Shown one piece after another: positions 1 to 8,687 of a DNA stretch of 64,000 nucleotides; the first letter of the stretch is position 1, and each line of letters begins with the position of its first letter. Source of the DNA: Tepidisphaera sp. (GTDB lineage Bacteria; Planctomycetota; Phycisphaerae; Phycisphaerales; UBA1924); NCBI GenBank assembly GCA_050916045.1, contig CP051526.1, positions 4,000,001 through 4,064,000 of the forward strand, given 5' to 3'. Both the position numbers and the translations under genes were made by a program. The notes beneath the pieces were generated by a model, which saw nothing but the letters and a program-made list of their open reading frames with translations, had not been told where the DNA came from and did no database searches.

Positions 1-451
1 AGTCATCGATCAGGATGCCCCAGCCCGCCGGGATCCGCTGTAAGCCACGGGCCGGCCAGGGCTTGACGATGTCCATCAGGCGAAAGAGGATGAAGGCCCA
101 GAAGACCGCGACCGTGACCTTCCACCAATCGGCTTCGGCTGCCAGAGGCAGGAAGCAAAGCGGGATGCACTGGCCGGCGGTTTCGTCGGCGACGGCTTCG
201 GAAGGATCCTTGCCCCAGCGAGCCTCGGCACGATCCCCTTCGAGGATGCACGCGGCGCACGCTCCGAGAAAGAGCAGGCCGATCGCGAGGTAGTAGAAGG
301 ATGGGCCCGCCGGATGGACCGAGATCGGCGACAAGCCCGCGACGAAAAGCACCATGACCAGAAGCACAGGCGGCAACGAACCCCAGGTTCCCGGGGCGGG
401 CCGGAGGTGGCCGATTCCAAGCACGGTGATGAGCGTCAGAGGGTTCCGCAT
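1..451 (-). CDS. pgpA: phosphatidylglycerophosphatase A (3' end runs off window)
   Basis: Manual translation from ATG 451: MRNPLTLITVLGIGHLRPAPGTWGS...KDPSEAVADETAGQ...FRLMDIVKPWP...GILIDD, typical PgpA motifs. Absent from the ORF track because no stop lies in the window. Directly downstream of pgsA. Confidence 0.9.
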   Translation of the reverse strand, partial: MRNPLTLITVLGIGHLRPAPGTWGSLPPVLLVMVLFVAGLSPISVHPAGPSFYYLAIGLLFLGACAACILEGDRAEARWGKDPSEAVADETAGQCIPLCFLPLAAEADWWKVTVAVFWAFILFRLMDIVKPWPARGLQRIPAGWGILIDD

Positions 452-454
452 GGA

Positions 455-1204
455 TCAAGCTCGGGCTGAAAACGCGGCCATCCCGCGTGTGATGTAAGGA
501 ATGCCGCTGACCACCGTGACCGCCACGGTCGCCCACACCGCGACGGAAACCACCCAGCCACCCCACCCCTCCGATGGATCGGTCAGGGCGGGCACGATCA
601 GCACCAACGGGATCACCACCGACTGCACGATCATCTTGAGCTTGCCCGAAAACGACGCGGAGAAGTCCTTCCCCTCGGCTTCAAGGACCGCCCGGATCGA
701 GGTGATGAGGAGCTCGCGGCCGAGGATGACGACGACCATCCAGGTCTCAACGCCCGTGATTTGGACGAGGCGGCCCGGAATTTCGAGCGTGAACTGAGGC
801 CCGGCGAGCATCACGAACGCTCCCACGACCAGGATCTTGTCCGCGAAGGGGTCCATGATGCGCCCGAAACGTGTCACCGCACCCCACCGCCGGGCGAGGT
901 ATCCATCCAAAGCGTCCGTTCCGGCCGCGATCCCGAAACAGGCGGCCGCAAGCCAAAGCCGCCAGACCGGCGCTCCCCCTTCGCCGTCGGGCCCCCCGGT
1001 CCAGCCCGCAGGAGAGCGCCAGAGGGCAAGCTGCACGAAAAACACCAACGAAAGCGCGAGTCGTGAGAGGGTGATGGCGTTGGGAAGCCACCTCCTCCAT
1101 CCAACGGCGACGGTGACCTGGCCCGCTCCTCTGCCAGCGTCAGACGGCGGCGACGGGGGCGCGCCGGGCGCATGAGCGTGTGAGGAGGATTGAGGTTCGG
1201 TCAT
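455..1204 (-). CDS. pgsA: CDP-diacylglycerol--glycerol-3-phosphate 3-phosphatidyltransferase
   Basis: PNAITLSR and the CDP-alcohol phosphotransferase motif TDALDGYLARRWGAVTRFGRIMDPFADK; RELLITSIR; paired with pgpA. Confidence 0.92.
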   Translation of the reverse strand: MTEPQSSSHAHAPGAPPSPPSDAGRGAGQVTVAVGWRRWLPNAITLSRLALSLVFFVQLALWRSPAGWTGGPDGEGGAPVWRLWLAAACFGIAAGTDALDGYLARRWGAVTRFGRIMDPFADKILVVGAFVMLAGPQFTLEIPGRLVQITGVETWMVVVILGRELLITSIRAVLEAEGKDFSASFSGKLKMIVQSVVIPLVLIVPALTDPSEGWGGWVVSVAVWATVAVTVVSGIPYITRGMAAFSARA

Positions 1205-1379
1205 TGTGCCATCCTACCCGTGCCGGTGTCGCGATGTCCGGCCGGAGGGGCTTCGAAGGCGGGCCGGTTGAACCTGAGGTCCGCCCAAACTATCCTGTCG
1301 GCTCGTTTGGCGGTCCCGCAGGGGTGCGGGCCTGGAGTTTTGGGGAGGGGTATGGGGGAGACAGCTCGAGGCGTTTCCT

Positions 1380-2399
1380 TTGGATTCCATCATCAGCCCG
1401 ATCCTCTTGCTCTCCTTGTGCGCCGTTGGTGCCATTGGTCTGTGCTTGGCACTTCCGAGACGGGGCAGGACCCCGCAGGTCGCCGGCGCGGCCGTGGCGG
1501 GCCTTGCCATCGGCGCGATCGTGATCGCTCTGACGCTCAAGAACCCCGATCACGCTCCCAACATCTATTACTACCTGTTCTCGGCGATCGCGCTGGGATC
1601 GGCTTTGCGGGTGATCACCCATCCAAAGCCCGTCTACGCGGCGTTGTACTTCATCCTGACGATCATCGCGACCGCGGGGTTGTACCTGATTCTCTCGGCG
1701 GAGTTCGTCTCCTTCGCTCTGATCATCGTGTACGCCGGGGCGATCCTGATCACGTATCTGTTCGTCATCATGCTGGCGAGCCAGTCTCCGGCGGAAGAGG
1801 ACGACCGGGGCGAAGCGGATTACGACATCACGGCCCGCGAGCCGATCGCGGCTTCGGTGGTCGGTTTCCTGCTGCTGGCGGGGCTTTCGAGCCTGGCTTT
1901 CCGGGGAACGAACTCGCTCCCGGCGACCACCGCGGCGGTGGCTGGGATGCACTCGACACACAAGCTCTCCAAGCCTCGGGCCGAGCGGGAGATGGAAATC
2001 CTGACCGACATGCCCCGCCGGCTCAAAGCCGAGATGGTGGATGCGGGCGTGATCTCGGAACGGGATGAGATCGTCCTGAACGACAAGGGCGAGCCGATGT
2101 ACGACGCTTCCGCCCACGCCGTGATGGTTCGCGGGGTGAGTCGCGACGGCATTCCGGCCTCGGAGCGGGTCGTGCCGCTGCCCGAGAGCGTCTCGATCCG
2201 GAACGTGGAAGAAGTCGGGTTCAATCTTCTGGCCGAGCACCCCGGGTCGATCGAGATCGCGGGCGTGATCCTGCTGATGGCGATGCTGGGAGCGGTGGTC
2301 CTGAGCCGCAAGCAGGTCGAGCTTGACGAAGAACTCAAGAAGCAGCAGGCCCGGCAGCTCGCCGGCGGCACCGCGGATGGACTTGGAGGTGCGGCGTGA
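1380..2399 (+). CDS. nuoJ: NADH-quinone oxidoreductase subunit J (extended)
   Basis: ITHPKPVYAALY, AEFVSFALIIVYAGAILITYLFVIML, EIAGVILLMAMLGAVVL; TTG start; precedes nuoK. Confidence 0.92.
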   Translation: MDSIISPILLLSLCAVGAIGLCLALPRRGRTPQVAGAAVAGLAIGAIVIALTLKNPDHAPNIYYYLFSAIALGSALRVITHPKPVYAALYFILTIIATAGLYLILSAEFVSFALIIVYAGAILITYLFVIMLASQSPAEEDDRGEADYDITAREPIAASVVGFLLLAGLSSLAFRGTNSLPATTAAVAGMHSTHKLSKPRAEREMEILTDMPRRLKAEMVDAGVISERDEIVLNDKGEPMYDASAHAVMVRGVSRDGIPASERVVPLPESVSIRNVEEVGFNLLAEHPGSIEIAGVILLMAMLGAVVLSRKQVELDEELKKQQARQLAGGTADGLGGAA

Positions 2400-2764
2400 C
2401 GGGACTACTCGCGTTTGCGGACGCCGCCCAAGCCGCGGGAAGCACCGCGCCGGTGATGCACGAAGCCACGCTCGCCCACTACCTGTTAGTGGCGATCGCG
2501 ATGTTCGTGATCGGCGTGGTAGGGTTCCTGACGCGTCGCAACCTGATCATCATGTTCCTGTGCACGGAGCTCATGTTCCTGGGCGCGGGGATCGCACTCA
2601 TCGCCTTCGGCCGGTTCTGGCTTGACGCCACCGGACAGAGCTTTGTCATCTTCGTGATCACCGTGGCGGCCGCGGAAGCGGCGATGGCTCTGGCGCTGGT
2701 GGTGCTGCTTTTCCGCAAGCGTGAAACGCTCTCGGCGGACGAGTGGCAGGAGCTTAAGGGCTGA
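2396..2764 (+). CDS. nuoK: NADH-quinone oxidoreductase subunit K
   Basis: RRNLIIMFLCTELM, VAAAEAAMALAL; GTGA overlap with the nuoJ stop. Confidence 0.95.
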   Translation: MTGLLAFADAAQAAGSTAPVMHEATLAHYLLVAIAMFVIGVVGFLTRRNLIIMFLCTELMFLGAGIALIAFGRFWLDATGQSFVIFVITVAAAEAAMALALVVLLFRKRETLSADEWQELKG

Positions 2765-2854
2765 ACGTCTGAAGGTTGACCGAGGTTGGACAGAGGATTC
2801 GCGCTGAACTTTCCGTCGGGGGAGACCACCCCGCTTCTGAAGCAAGGACCCCTC

Positions 2855-5206
2855 GTGACGATGATCGCCGACATTCTGACGAGCCTGACGCTCGCTTCCG
2901 CCGAAGGCGGCGCCGTGGACGCCGCCCGCGTCGAGCTGGCGAAGTACATCCCGCTGCTCCCGCTGCTTGGGTTCCTGGTGGCCGGGGCGGCAGCGTTCCT
3001 GAAGGTCAAGAACAAGCTCCCGGCGTTCTTCTCGGTCGCCTGCCTCGCTGGGTCGTTCGTCCTGACCCTGCTTGTCTTTATGGCGTGGCCGGCGCCGACC
3101 GGGCACGGTCCGGGGCCGCATCAGATCGTCAAGCTCTTTGATTGGATCACGTTCAGCTACGGCGGAGCGGCGGACAAAGCTCCCAGCACCGACTTCATCG
3201 CGAATTTCGCGTTCTACATCGACTCCCTGACGCTGCTCTGGATGCTCTTCGTCACGGGCCTGGCGACGCTGATCGCCCTGTACGCCAGCGAGTACATGTC
3301 GCACGATGTGGGGATGGGGTACTGCCGGTTCTTCGCGGCATTCAACCTCTTCGTGTTCAGCATGGCCTGCCTGGTGATGGGCGACAACCTCGTGCTGCTC
3401 TACCTGGGCTGGGAGGGTGTCGGTCTCTGCTCGTACCTGCTGATCGGGTACTTCTACAAGAAGCCCTCGGCGGTCGCGGCGGCCAAGAAAGCGTTCATCA
3501 TGAACCGCATCGGTGACCTGGGCCTGGCCCTGGGCATCATGCTCACTTACGTGCACTTCGGGAGCGTCGAGTACGCGGTGATCTTCCAGAAAGCAGAGCC
3601 GTACCTCCGCATGCTGGAGCTCGGCCGCTGGAACGAGATCCCGATGATCGTCCAGGCGATCCCGCTGCTGCTGATGGTCGGTGCGTTCGGCAAGTCGGCC
3701 CAGCTTCCGCTTTACGTCTGGCTTCCGGACGCGATGGAAGGTCCGACGCCGGTTTCGGCGCTGATCCACGCGGCGACGATGGTGACGGCGGGCGTGTACC
3801 TGATCGCCCGGACGTACCCGCTGTTCCTGCTGAGCGAGTGGGCTCTGCCGATTGTCGCGATCGTGGGCGCTCTGACCGCGCTGGTCGCCGCCACGATCGG
3901 CATGGCCCAGTTCGACATCAAGCGGATCATGGCGTATTCGACCGTGTCGCAGCTCGGGTACATGTTCGCGGGCCTGGGCGTGCTCTCCTCGACGGGCGCG
4001 GCGTTCCACGTCTTCACGCACGCGTTCTTCAAAGCCATGCTCTTCCTTTCCTGCGGCGCCGTGATGCACGGGTTCGCGGGCCAGCTCGACCTCCGCAAGC
4101 TTTCGGGGGTCGCGTTCATGAAGGGCTGGGGCATCGTCGGCATCGCGATGTTCGTCGGGTGCCTCAACCTCGCGGGCTTCCCGTTCACGGCGGGGTACTT
4201 CTCCAAGGACATGATCCTTGCCGAAGCGTTCACGACGCCCGGCGGCCAGGTGATCGGCTGGATCCTGCTCATCACCGCGGGTCTCACCGCGTACTACACG
4301 TTCCGCGTCTTCTTCCGCGTCTTCGTCGGGCCGCAGCACTTTGAACCCGGCGATGAGCTTCACGCTCACGACGACCATGGCCATGGCGACCACGGGCACG
4401 ATGCGCACGGGCATGACCATGGTCACGGGCACGAAGCGAAAGCCGAAACTCATGGCCACGACGCCCTTGGCAAGGGCCACGAGGATTTCCATCCGCACGC
4501 TCCGGGCTGGGCGATTAACACCGTGCTCGCGATTCTCACGGTCGCAAGCCTCGCCGCGGCGTTCACCTACATCGTCCCCACCCCTGCCGGTCACGGCGGC
4601 TGGGTCGGCGGAATGGTGAGCTCGAGCAGCGCTTCGTACCACACGCCGTTCCACTTTGAGGGCCACGGCAAGACCGAAACCAAAGCCGGCGAAGCGGGCC
4701 ACTCGCACGCCGACCCCGCGCCGCAGGGTCTTGTGAAGGAAGCCGCCGTTCTGGAAGCCGAAAGCGGCCAGAAGCTTCACGCCGGGTCGTTCCTGGGTAT
4801 GGACCCGCACAAGGTGATGTACTACGTCTCGGGCGTGGTCGGCTTTGTGGGCATCGCGGTCGCGTTCCTGCTTCACTACGTCGGCCGGACGACGGCCGCG
4901 ACGAGCAAAGCTGACGCGCTCTTGCCCGCTTTCGGCGCGGTCGCCCGGGGTGCGCAGCACAAGTGGTACGTGGATGAGATCTACGACTTCCTGATTCGCA
5001 AGCCCCTCTGGGTCTTCTCGAACATCTTCCACCTCGTGGACAAGCTTGTGGTGGACGGCATCGTCAACCTGTTCGGTTGGCTGCCCCGGGCACTCGGCGG
5101 GACGATCCGTCCGAGCCAGTCCGGTTTGCTTCACGGGTACGCGGCGGGCATGGCCGGCGGGCTTGCTCTCCTTCTCCTGATCGCGCTGTGGGTGTCCTTC
5201 GCATGA
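2855..5206 (+). CDS. nuoL: NADH-quinone oxidoreductase subunit L
   Basis: GWEGVGLCSYLLIG, NRIGD, KSAQLPLYVWLPDAMEGPTPVSALIHAATMV, THAFFKA. Start placed at GTG 2855 (AAGGA at 2844-2848); ATG 2861 is an alternative. Confidence 0.95.
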   Translation: MTMIADILTSLTLASAEGGAVDAARVELAKYIPLLPLLGFLVAGAAAFLKVKNKLPAFFSVACLAGSFVLTLLVFMAWPAPTGHGPGPHQIVKLFDWITFSYGGAADKAPSTDFIANFAFYIDSLTLLWMLFVTGLATLIALYASEYMSHDVGMGYCRFFAAFNLFVFSMACLVMGDNLVLLYLGWEGVGLCSYLLIGYFYKKPSAVAAAKKAFIMNRIGDLGLALGIMLTYVHFGSVEYAVIFQKAEPYLRMLELGRWNEIPMIVQAIPLLLMVGAFGKSAQLPLYVWLPDAMEGPTPVSALIHAATMVTAGVYLIARTYPLFLLSEWALPIVAIVGALTALVAATIGMAQFDIKRIMAYSTVSQLGYMFAGLGVLSSTGAAFHVFTHAFFKAMLFLSCGAVMHGFAGQLDLRKLSGVAFMKGWGIVGIAMFVGCLNLAGFPFTAGYFSKDMILAEAFTTPGGQVIGWILLITAGLTAYYTFRVFFRVFVGPQHFEPGDELHAHDDHGHGDHGHDAHGHDHGHGHEAKAETHGHDALGKGHEDFHPHAPGWAINTVLAILTVASLAAAFTYIVPTPAGHGGWVGGMVSSSSASYHTPFHFEGHGKTETKAGEAGHSHADPAPQGLVKEAAVLEAESGQKLHAGSFLGMDPHKVMYYVSGVVGFVGIAVAFLLHYVGRTTAATSKADALLPAFGAVARGAQHKWYVDEIYDFLIRKPLWVFSNIFHLVDKLVVDGIVNLFGWLPRALGGTIRPSQSGLLHGYAAGMAGGLALLLLIALWVSFA

Positions 5207-6993
5207 CTCCATTCGGCATCCTCGCCGCTCTCATCGTGATCCCGCTGGCCACGGCCGGCGCGGTCGCCGCACTCCCGGCTCGCAACGCCAAGTGGGTCGC
5301 GCTCCTTGGCACCATGGCCGCACTGCTGGCCGGGGTGGCTTCGTGCTCGCAATATCCGTGGGAGATGTCCGCGCAGCCGCAGCTCACCAGCGAGCTTGAG
5401 TGGATCCCCTCTCTGGGGCTGAAGTTCTCGCTGGGCGCCGACGGGGTGAGCTTCGCCCTGATCCTGCTGACGCTGCTCCTGGGCCCGGTGTGCGTCGCGT
5501 GTTCGTTCACGGCGATCACGGACCGGGTCAAGACCTACTACAGCTGGCTTCTGATCCTGCAGGCCGCGATGACGGGGGTTTTCGCCGCGCAGGACCTGAT
5601 CCTGTTCTACATCTGCTTCGAGTTCACGCTGATCCCGATGTTCATCCTGATCAGCCTGTACGGGTCGACGAACCGCCGGGCGGCGTCAATCAAGTTCTTC
5701 CTGTACACGTTCACGGGTTCGATCATCGCGCTGGCCGGGTTTGTCTTCCTGGCGTACACGCACAGCCGGACGACCGGCGGTGTCTGGTCCTACGACATCG
5801 CGGCCCTGACCAAGACCGCCGCGACACTCCCGCTGGACACGCAGAAGTGGGTCCTGCTGGCTCTCATGCTCGGGTTCGCGGTCAAGATCCCGCTCTTCCC
5901 GTTCCACACGTGGCTGCCGCTGGCTCACACCGAAGCTCCGACGGCGGGCTCGGTCATTCTGGCCGGCGTGCTTCTCAAGCTCGGCACGTACGGCTTGTTC
6001 CGGTTCGCGCTGCCGATGGCTCCCGAAGCGGTGGTGCACTTTGCTCCGTTCCTGGCCGGGCTTTGCATCGTGGGGATCCTCTATGGCGGGCTGATCTGCT
6101 GGGTGCAGCAGGACGTCAAGAAGCTGGTCGCGTACTCGTCGGTGGCCCACCTTGGGTTCTGCATCCTCGGCTTGCTCGCGCTCAACAACATCGGGATCCG
6201 CGGGGCGGTCCTCTACATGATCAACCACGGCCTGTCGACGGGCGGGCTGTTCCTCCTGATCGGCATGATGTACGAGCGGTACCACACCCGCGACATGCGA
6301 GAGATCGGCGGCCTGGCGGCGAAGATGCCGATCTGGGCGACCTTCATGGTCTTCTTCGCGATGGCGTCGGTCGGCCTGCCGGGTCTGAACGGGTTCGTCT
6401 CCGAGTTCATGTGCCTGCTGGGCACGTTCCAGGCGTCTCCGATCTGGGAATCCGGGACGTGCGTGATGAACGGCGGCGATACCCCGAAAGCGACCGTCGG
6501 CGGCCAGCTTGGCCCGATCTACGCGGCCATCGCCGGCATCGGCATGATCATCGCCGCGATGTACCTGCTCATGATGCTCGGCAAGGTCGTCTGGGGTCCG
6601 CTCAAGGAGCCGCACAGCCATGATCATGGTTCCGACCACGGGCACGGCTCGCACGACCACGCCGGTCCGCTCCCCACGGATCTGGGCCTCCGCGAGATTC
6701 TCGTGCTTCTGCCGATGGCGGCGGGCTGCATCTGGCTGGGTGTCTATCCCAAGCCTGCTCTCGAAGCGATCAACCCGTCCTGCTCGGCGCTGGTCACGAC
6801 GATGACGCAAGCCGCCGAGCGGTACAACGCCACGCACACGGAGCGGACCAATCCCCCGGGCTCGACGCCCGCGCCGGGCTCTCCGGCGAGTGGAAGCCTC
6901 AACCCCCGCATGTTCCGCGAAGCCGCTCCCGAAACCCCCGCTCCTGAAGCCGGCCACGCACCCGCGAATCAGCCCAAGGAGGCCGGTCAATGA
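5203..6993 (+). CDS. nuoM: NADH-quinone oxidoreductase subunit M
   Basis: FAVKIPLFPFHTWLPLAHTEAPTAGSVILAGVLLKLG, AYSSVAH, GLPGLNGFVSE; ATGA overlap with the nuoL stop fixes the start at 5203. Confidence 0.95.
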   Translation: MTPFGILAALIVIPLATAGAVAALPARNAKWVALLGTMAALLAGVASCSQYPWEMSAQPQLTSELEWIPSLGLKFSLGADGVSFALILLTLLLGPVCVACSFTAITDRVKTYYSWLLILQAAMTGVFAAQDLILFYICFEFTLIPMFILISLYGSTNRRAASIKFFLYTFTGSIIALAGFVFLAYTHSRTTGGVWSYDIAALTKTAATLPLDTQKWVLLALMLGFAVKIPLFPFHTWLPLAHTEAPTAGSVILAGVLLKLGTYGLFRFALPMAPEAVVHFAPFLAGLCIVGILYGGLICWVQQDVKKLVAYSSVAHLGFCILGLLALNNIGIRGAVLYMINHGLSTGGLFLLIGMMYERYHTRDMREIGGLAAKMPIWATFMVFFAMASVGLPGLNGFVSEFMCLLGTFQASPIWESGTCVMNGGDTPKATVGGQLGPIYAAIAGIGMIIAAMYLLMMLGKVVWGPLKEPHSHDHGSDHGHGSHDHAGPLPTDLGLREILVLLPMAAGCIWLGVYPKPALEAINPSCSALVTTMTQAAERYNATHTERTNPPGSTPAPGSPASGSLNPRMFREAAPETPAPEAGHAPANQPKEAGQ

Positions 6994-8606
6994 TCGAACG
7001 TCTGGCTTTCCTCTGGCCTGAGATCTCGCTCTTCATCGCGACCTGCGTCGTGATGGTGCTCGGCCTCTCGCGCAACCGTGACATCCGCAAGCTCTCCGCC
7101 GTCGTCGCTGCCGGCGGTCTCGTCGCCGCCCTCGTTCTGGCCGCGATGACCACTCCGTACGGTTCGGCTGTCAAAGCCGAAGCCGGACAGACCCTGCTGA
7201 CCGACATGCCGCGGTACGCCAAGGTCGTCATCGCGGTCGTCGGCCTGCTGCTCCTCCTTCTCGTCGGCGGAACGGTCGACCGGACCGATGAGGAGCGGAT
7301 CGCTGCCGGGACGCAGCGGTTTGACCCGCTCCGGTCCAACCGGGCGGAGTTCTACTCGTTCTTCCTGTTCAGTCTGACGGGCCTGATGCTCTGTGCTTCG
7401 GCCGCGGACCTGGTCTGGCTGTTCCTCGCCCTCGAACTGACGAGCTTGCCGACGTACATCATGGTCGCGATTTCGACGAACAAGAACCGGTCGAAGGAAG
7501 CGGCGGTCAAGTACTTCTTCCTGGGCGCGATGGGTGCAGCGACCTTCCTGATGGGCTTTGCGTTCCTCTACGGGGCGACGGGCTCGACGAAGTTCAACAC
7601 GATCGCGAGCGTGATCACGACCGCGGGCGTCTCGGACATGGCGATGCTCGGCATCGTGCTGTCCATCCTCGGCCTGGCGTTCAAGATCGCGGCGGTGCCG
7701 ATGCACTTCTACACGGCGGACGTGTACGAGGGAGCGGCCCCGCAGGTCTCGGCGTTCTTGGCCTTCGTGCCCAAGACGGCGGGTTTCATCGGCCTCATGC
7801 TGATCCTCGCGGCGGTCGGCTGGACGCACGGACCGGCCGACGCTTCGCTCCCCGAGCCCATCCGCGTGACGCTCTGGGTCATGGCGGCGATGACGATGAC
7901 GATCGGCAACGTCCTCGCCCTGCTTCAGCAGTCGGTGAAGCGTGTGCTCGCGTACTCGTCGATCGCGCACTCCGGGTACATGCTGGTCGCTCTCATCGCG
8001 GGCCCCGGCGGCGGGCCTGCTTCGGACAACGGGCTGGCGGCGATCCTCTTCTACCTGCTCGCGTACGGCGTGACGAACGTCGGTACGTTCGCGGTGCTGG
8101 CGTGCCTTGAGCGTCGCGACCGGGACGGTGAGCCTGTCGAGATCGACTCCTTCGCCGACCTGCGCGGTCTGTGCCAGACCCGGCCGATGCTCGGTTGGAC
8201 GATGGTGCTTTGCTCGCTGAGCCTGCTCGGGTTCCCCCCGCTGCTCGGGTTCTTTGCCAAGGTCCCGCTTTTCACGAGCGCGATCTCGGCGGGCGAGATC
8301 ACCCTCGTCGTCGTCCTGGGCCTCAACTCGGCGATCGCCGCGTTCTACTACCTGCGGTTCACGCAGGCCTGCCTGCTCGAATCGCCGGACCCGGCGGCGC
8401 GTCCGATGGAGGCTTCGCCCTTCTTCGGCCGCCATCTCGCGGCGGTCGCTTCGGCCGCCGGCGTGATCGCGCTGGTCGTCGCGGGCGGAACGCTTCTGGA
8501 CTCCGCCGCTTCGGCCGCGAAAGCGAGCACGATCTCGCGGGCTCCGGACGCGACGGTGAAAGCTCCGCGGCCGGCGCCGACCGAAGCCGAGACCGTCGCT
8601 CAGTAA
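6990..8606 (+). CDS. nuoN: NADH-quinone oxidoreductase subunit N
   Basis: EAAVKYFFLG, FKIAAVPMHFYTADVYEGA, KRVLAYSSIAHSGY, SLLGFPPLLGFFAK; ATGA overlap with nuoM. Confidence 0.95.
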   Translation: MIERLAFLWPEISLFIATCVVMVLGLSRNRDIRKLSAVVAAGGLVAALVLAAMTTPYGSAVKAEAGQTLLTDMPRYAKVVIAVVGLLLLLLVGGTVDRTDEERIAAGTQRFDPLRSNRAEFYSFFLFSLTGLMLCASAADLVWLFLALELTSLPTYIMVAISTNKNRSKEAAVKYFFLGAMGAATFLMGFAFLYGATGSTKFNTIASVITTAGVSDMAMLGIVLSILGLAFKIAAVPMHFYTADVYEGAAPQVSAFLAFVPKTAGFIGLMLILAAVGWTHGPADASLPEPIRVTLWVMAAMTMTIGNVLALLQQSVKRVLAYSSIAHSGYMLVALIAGPGGGPASDNGLAAILFYLLAYGVTNVGTFAVLACLERRDRDGEPVEIDSFADLRGLCQTRPMLGWTMVLCSLSLLGFPPLLGFFAKVPLFTSAISAGEITLVVVLGLNSAIAAFYYLRFTQACLLESPDPAARPMEASPFFGRHLAAVASAAGVIALVVAGGTLLDSAASAAKASTISRAPDATVKAPRPAPTEAETVAQ

Positions 8607-8637
8607 TCAGCGAATCCCAAGAACCCTCTGATCAACC

Positions 8638-8674
8638 CAAACGCCGCAGCGGCCCCGCTGCGGCGTTTGCTTTT
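8638..8674 (+). terminator. intrinsic terminator of the nuo operon
   Basis: CAAACGCCGCAGCGG-CC-CCGCTGCGGCGTTTG inverted repeat followed by CTTTT. Confidence 0.75.
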
Positions 8675-8687
8675 CCTACCATCGGAG

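Noticed and set aside
2486..5212. Long antisense and alternate-frame ORFs (e.g. 2486-5212, 20194-22446, 37649-39694, 42040-43824, 51552-53225)
   Set aside because: Shadow ORFs of real genes in high-GC DNA; Arg/Pro/Gly-rich, with no family motifs.
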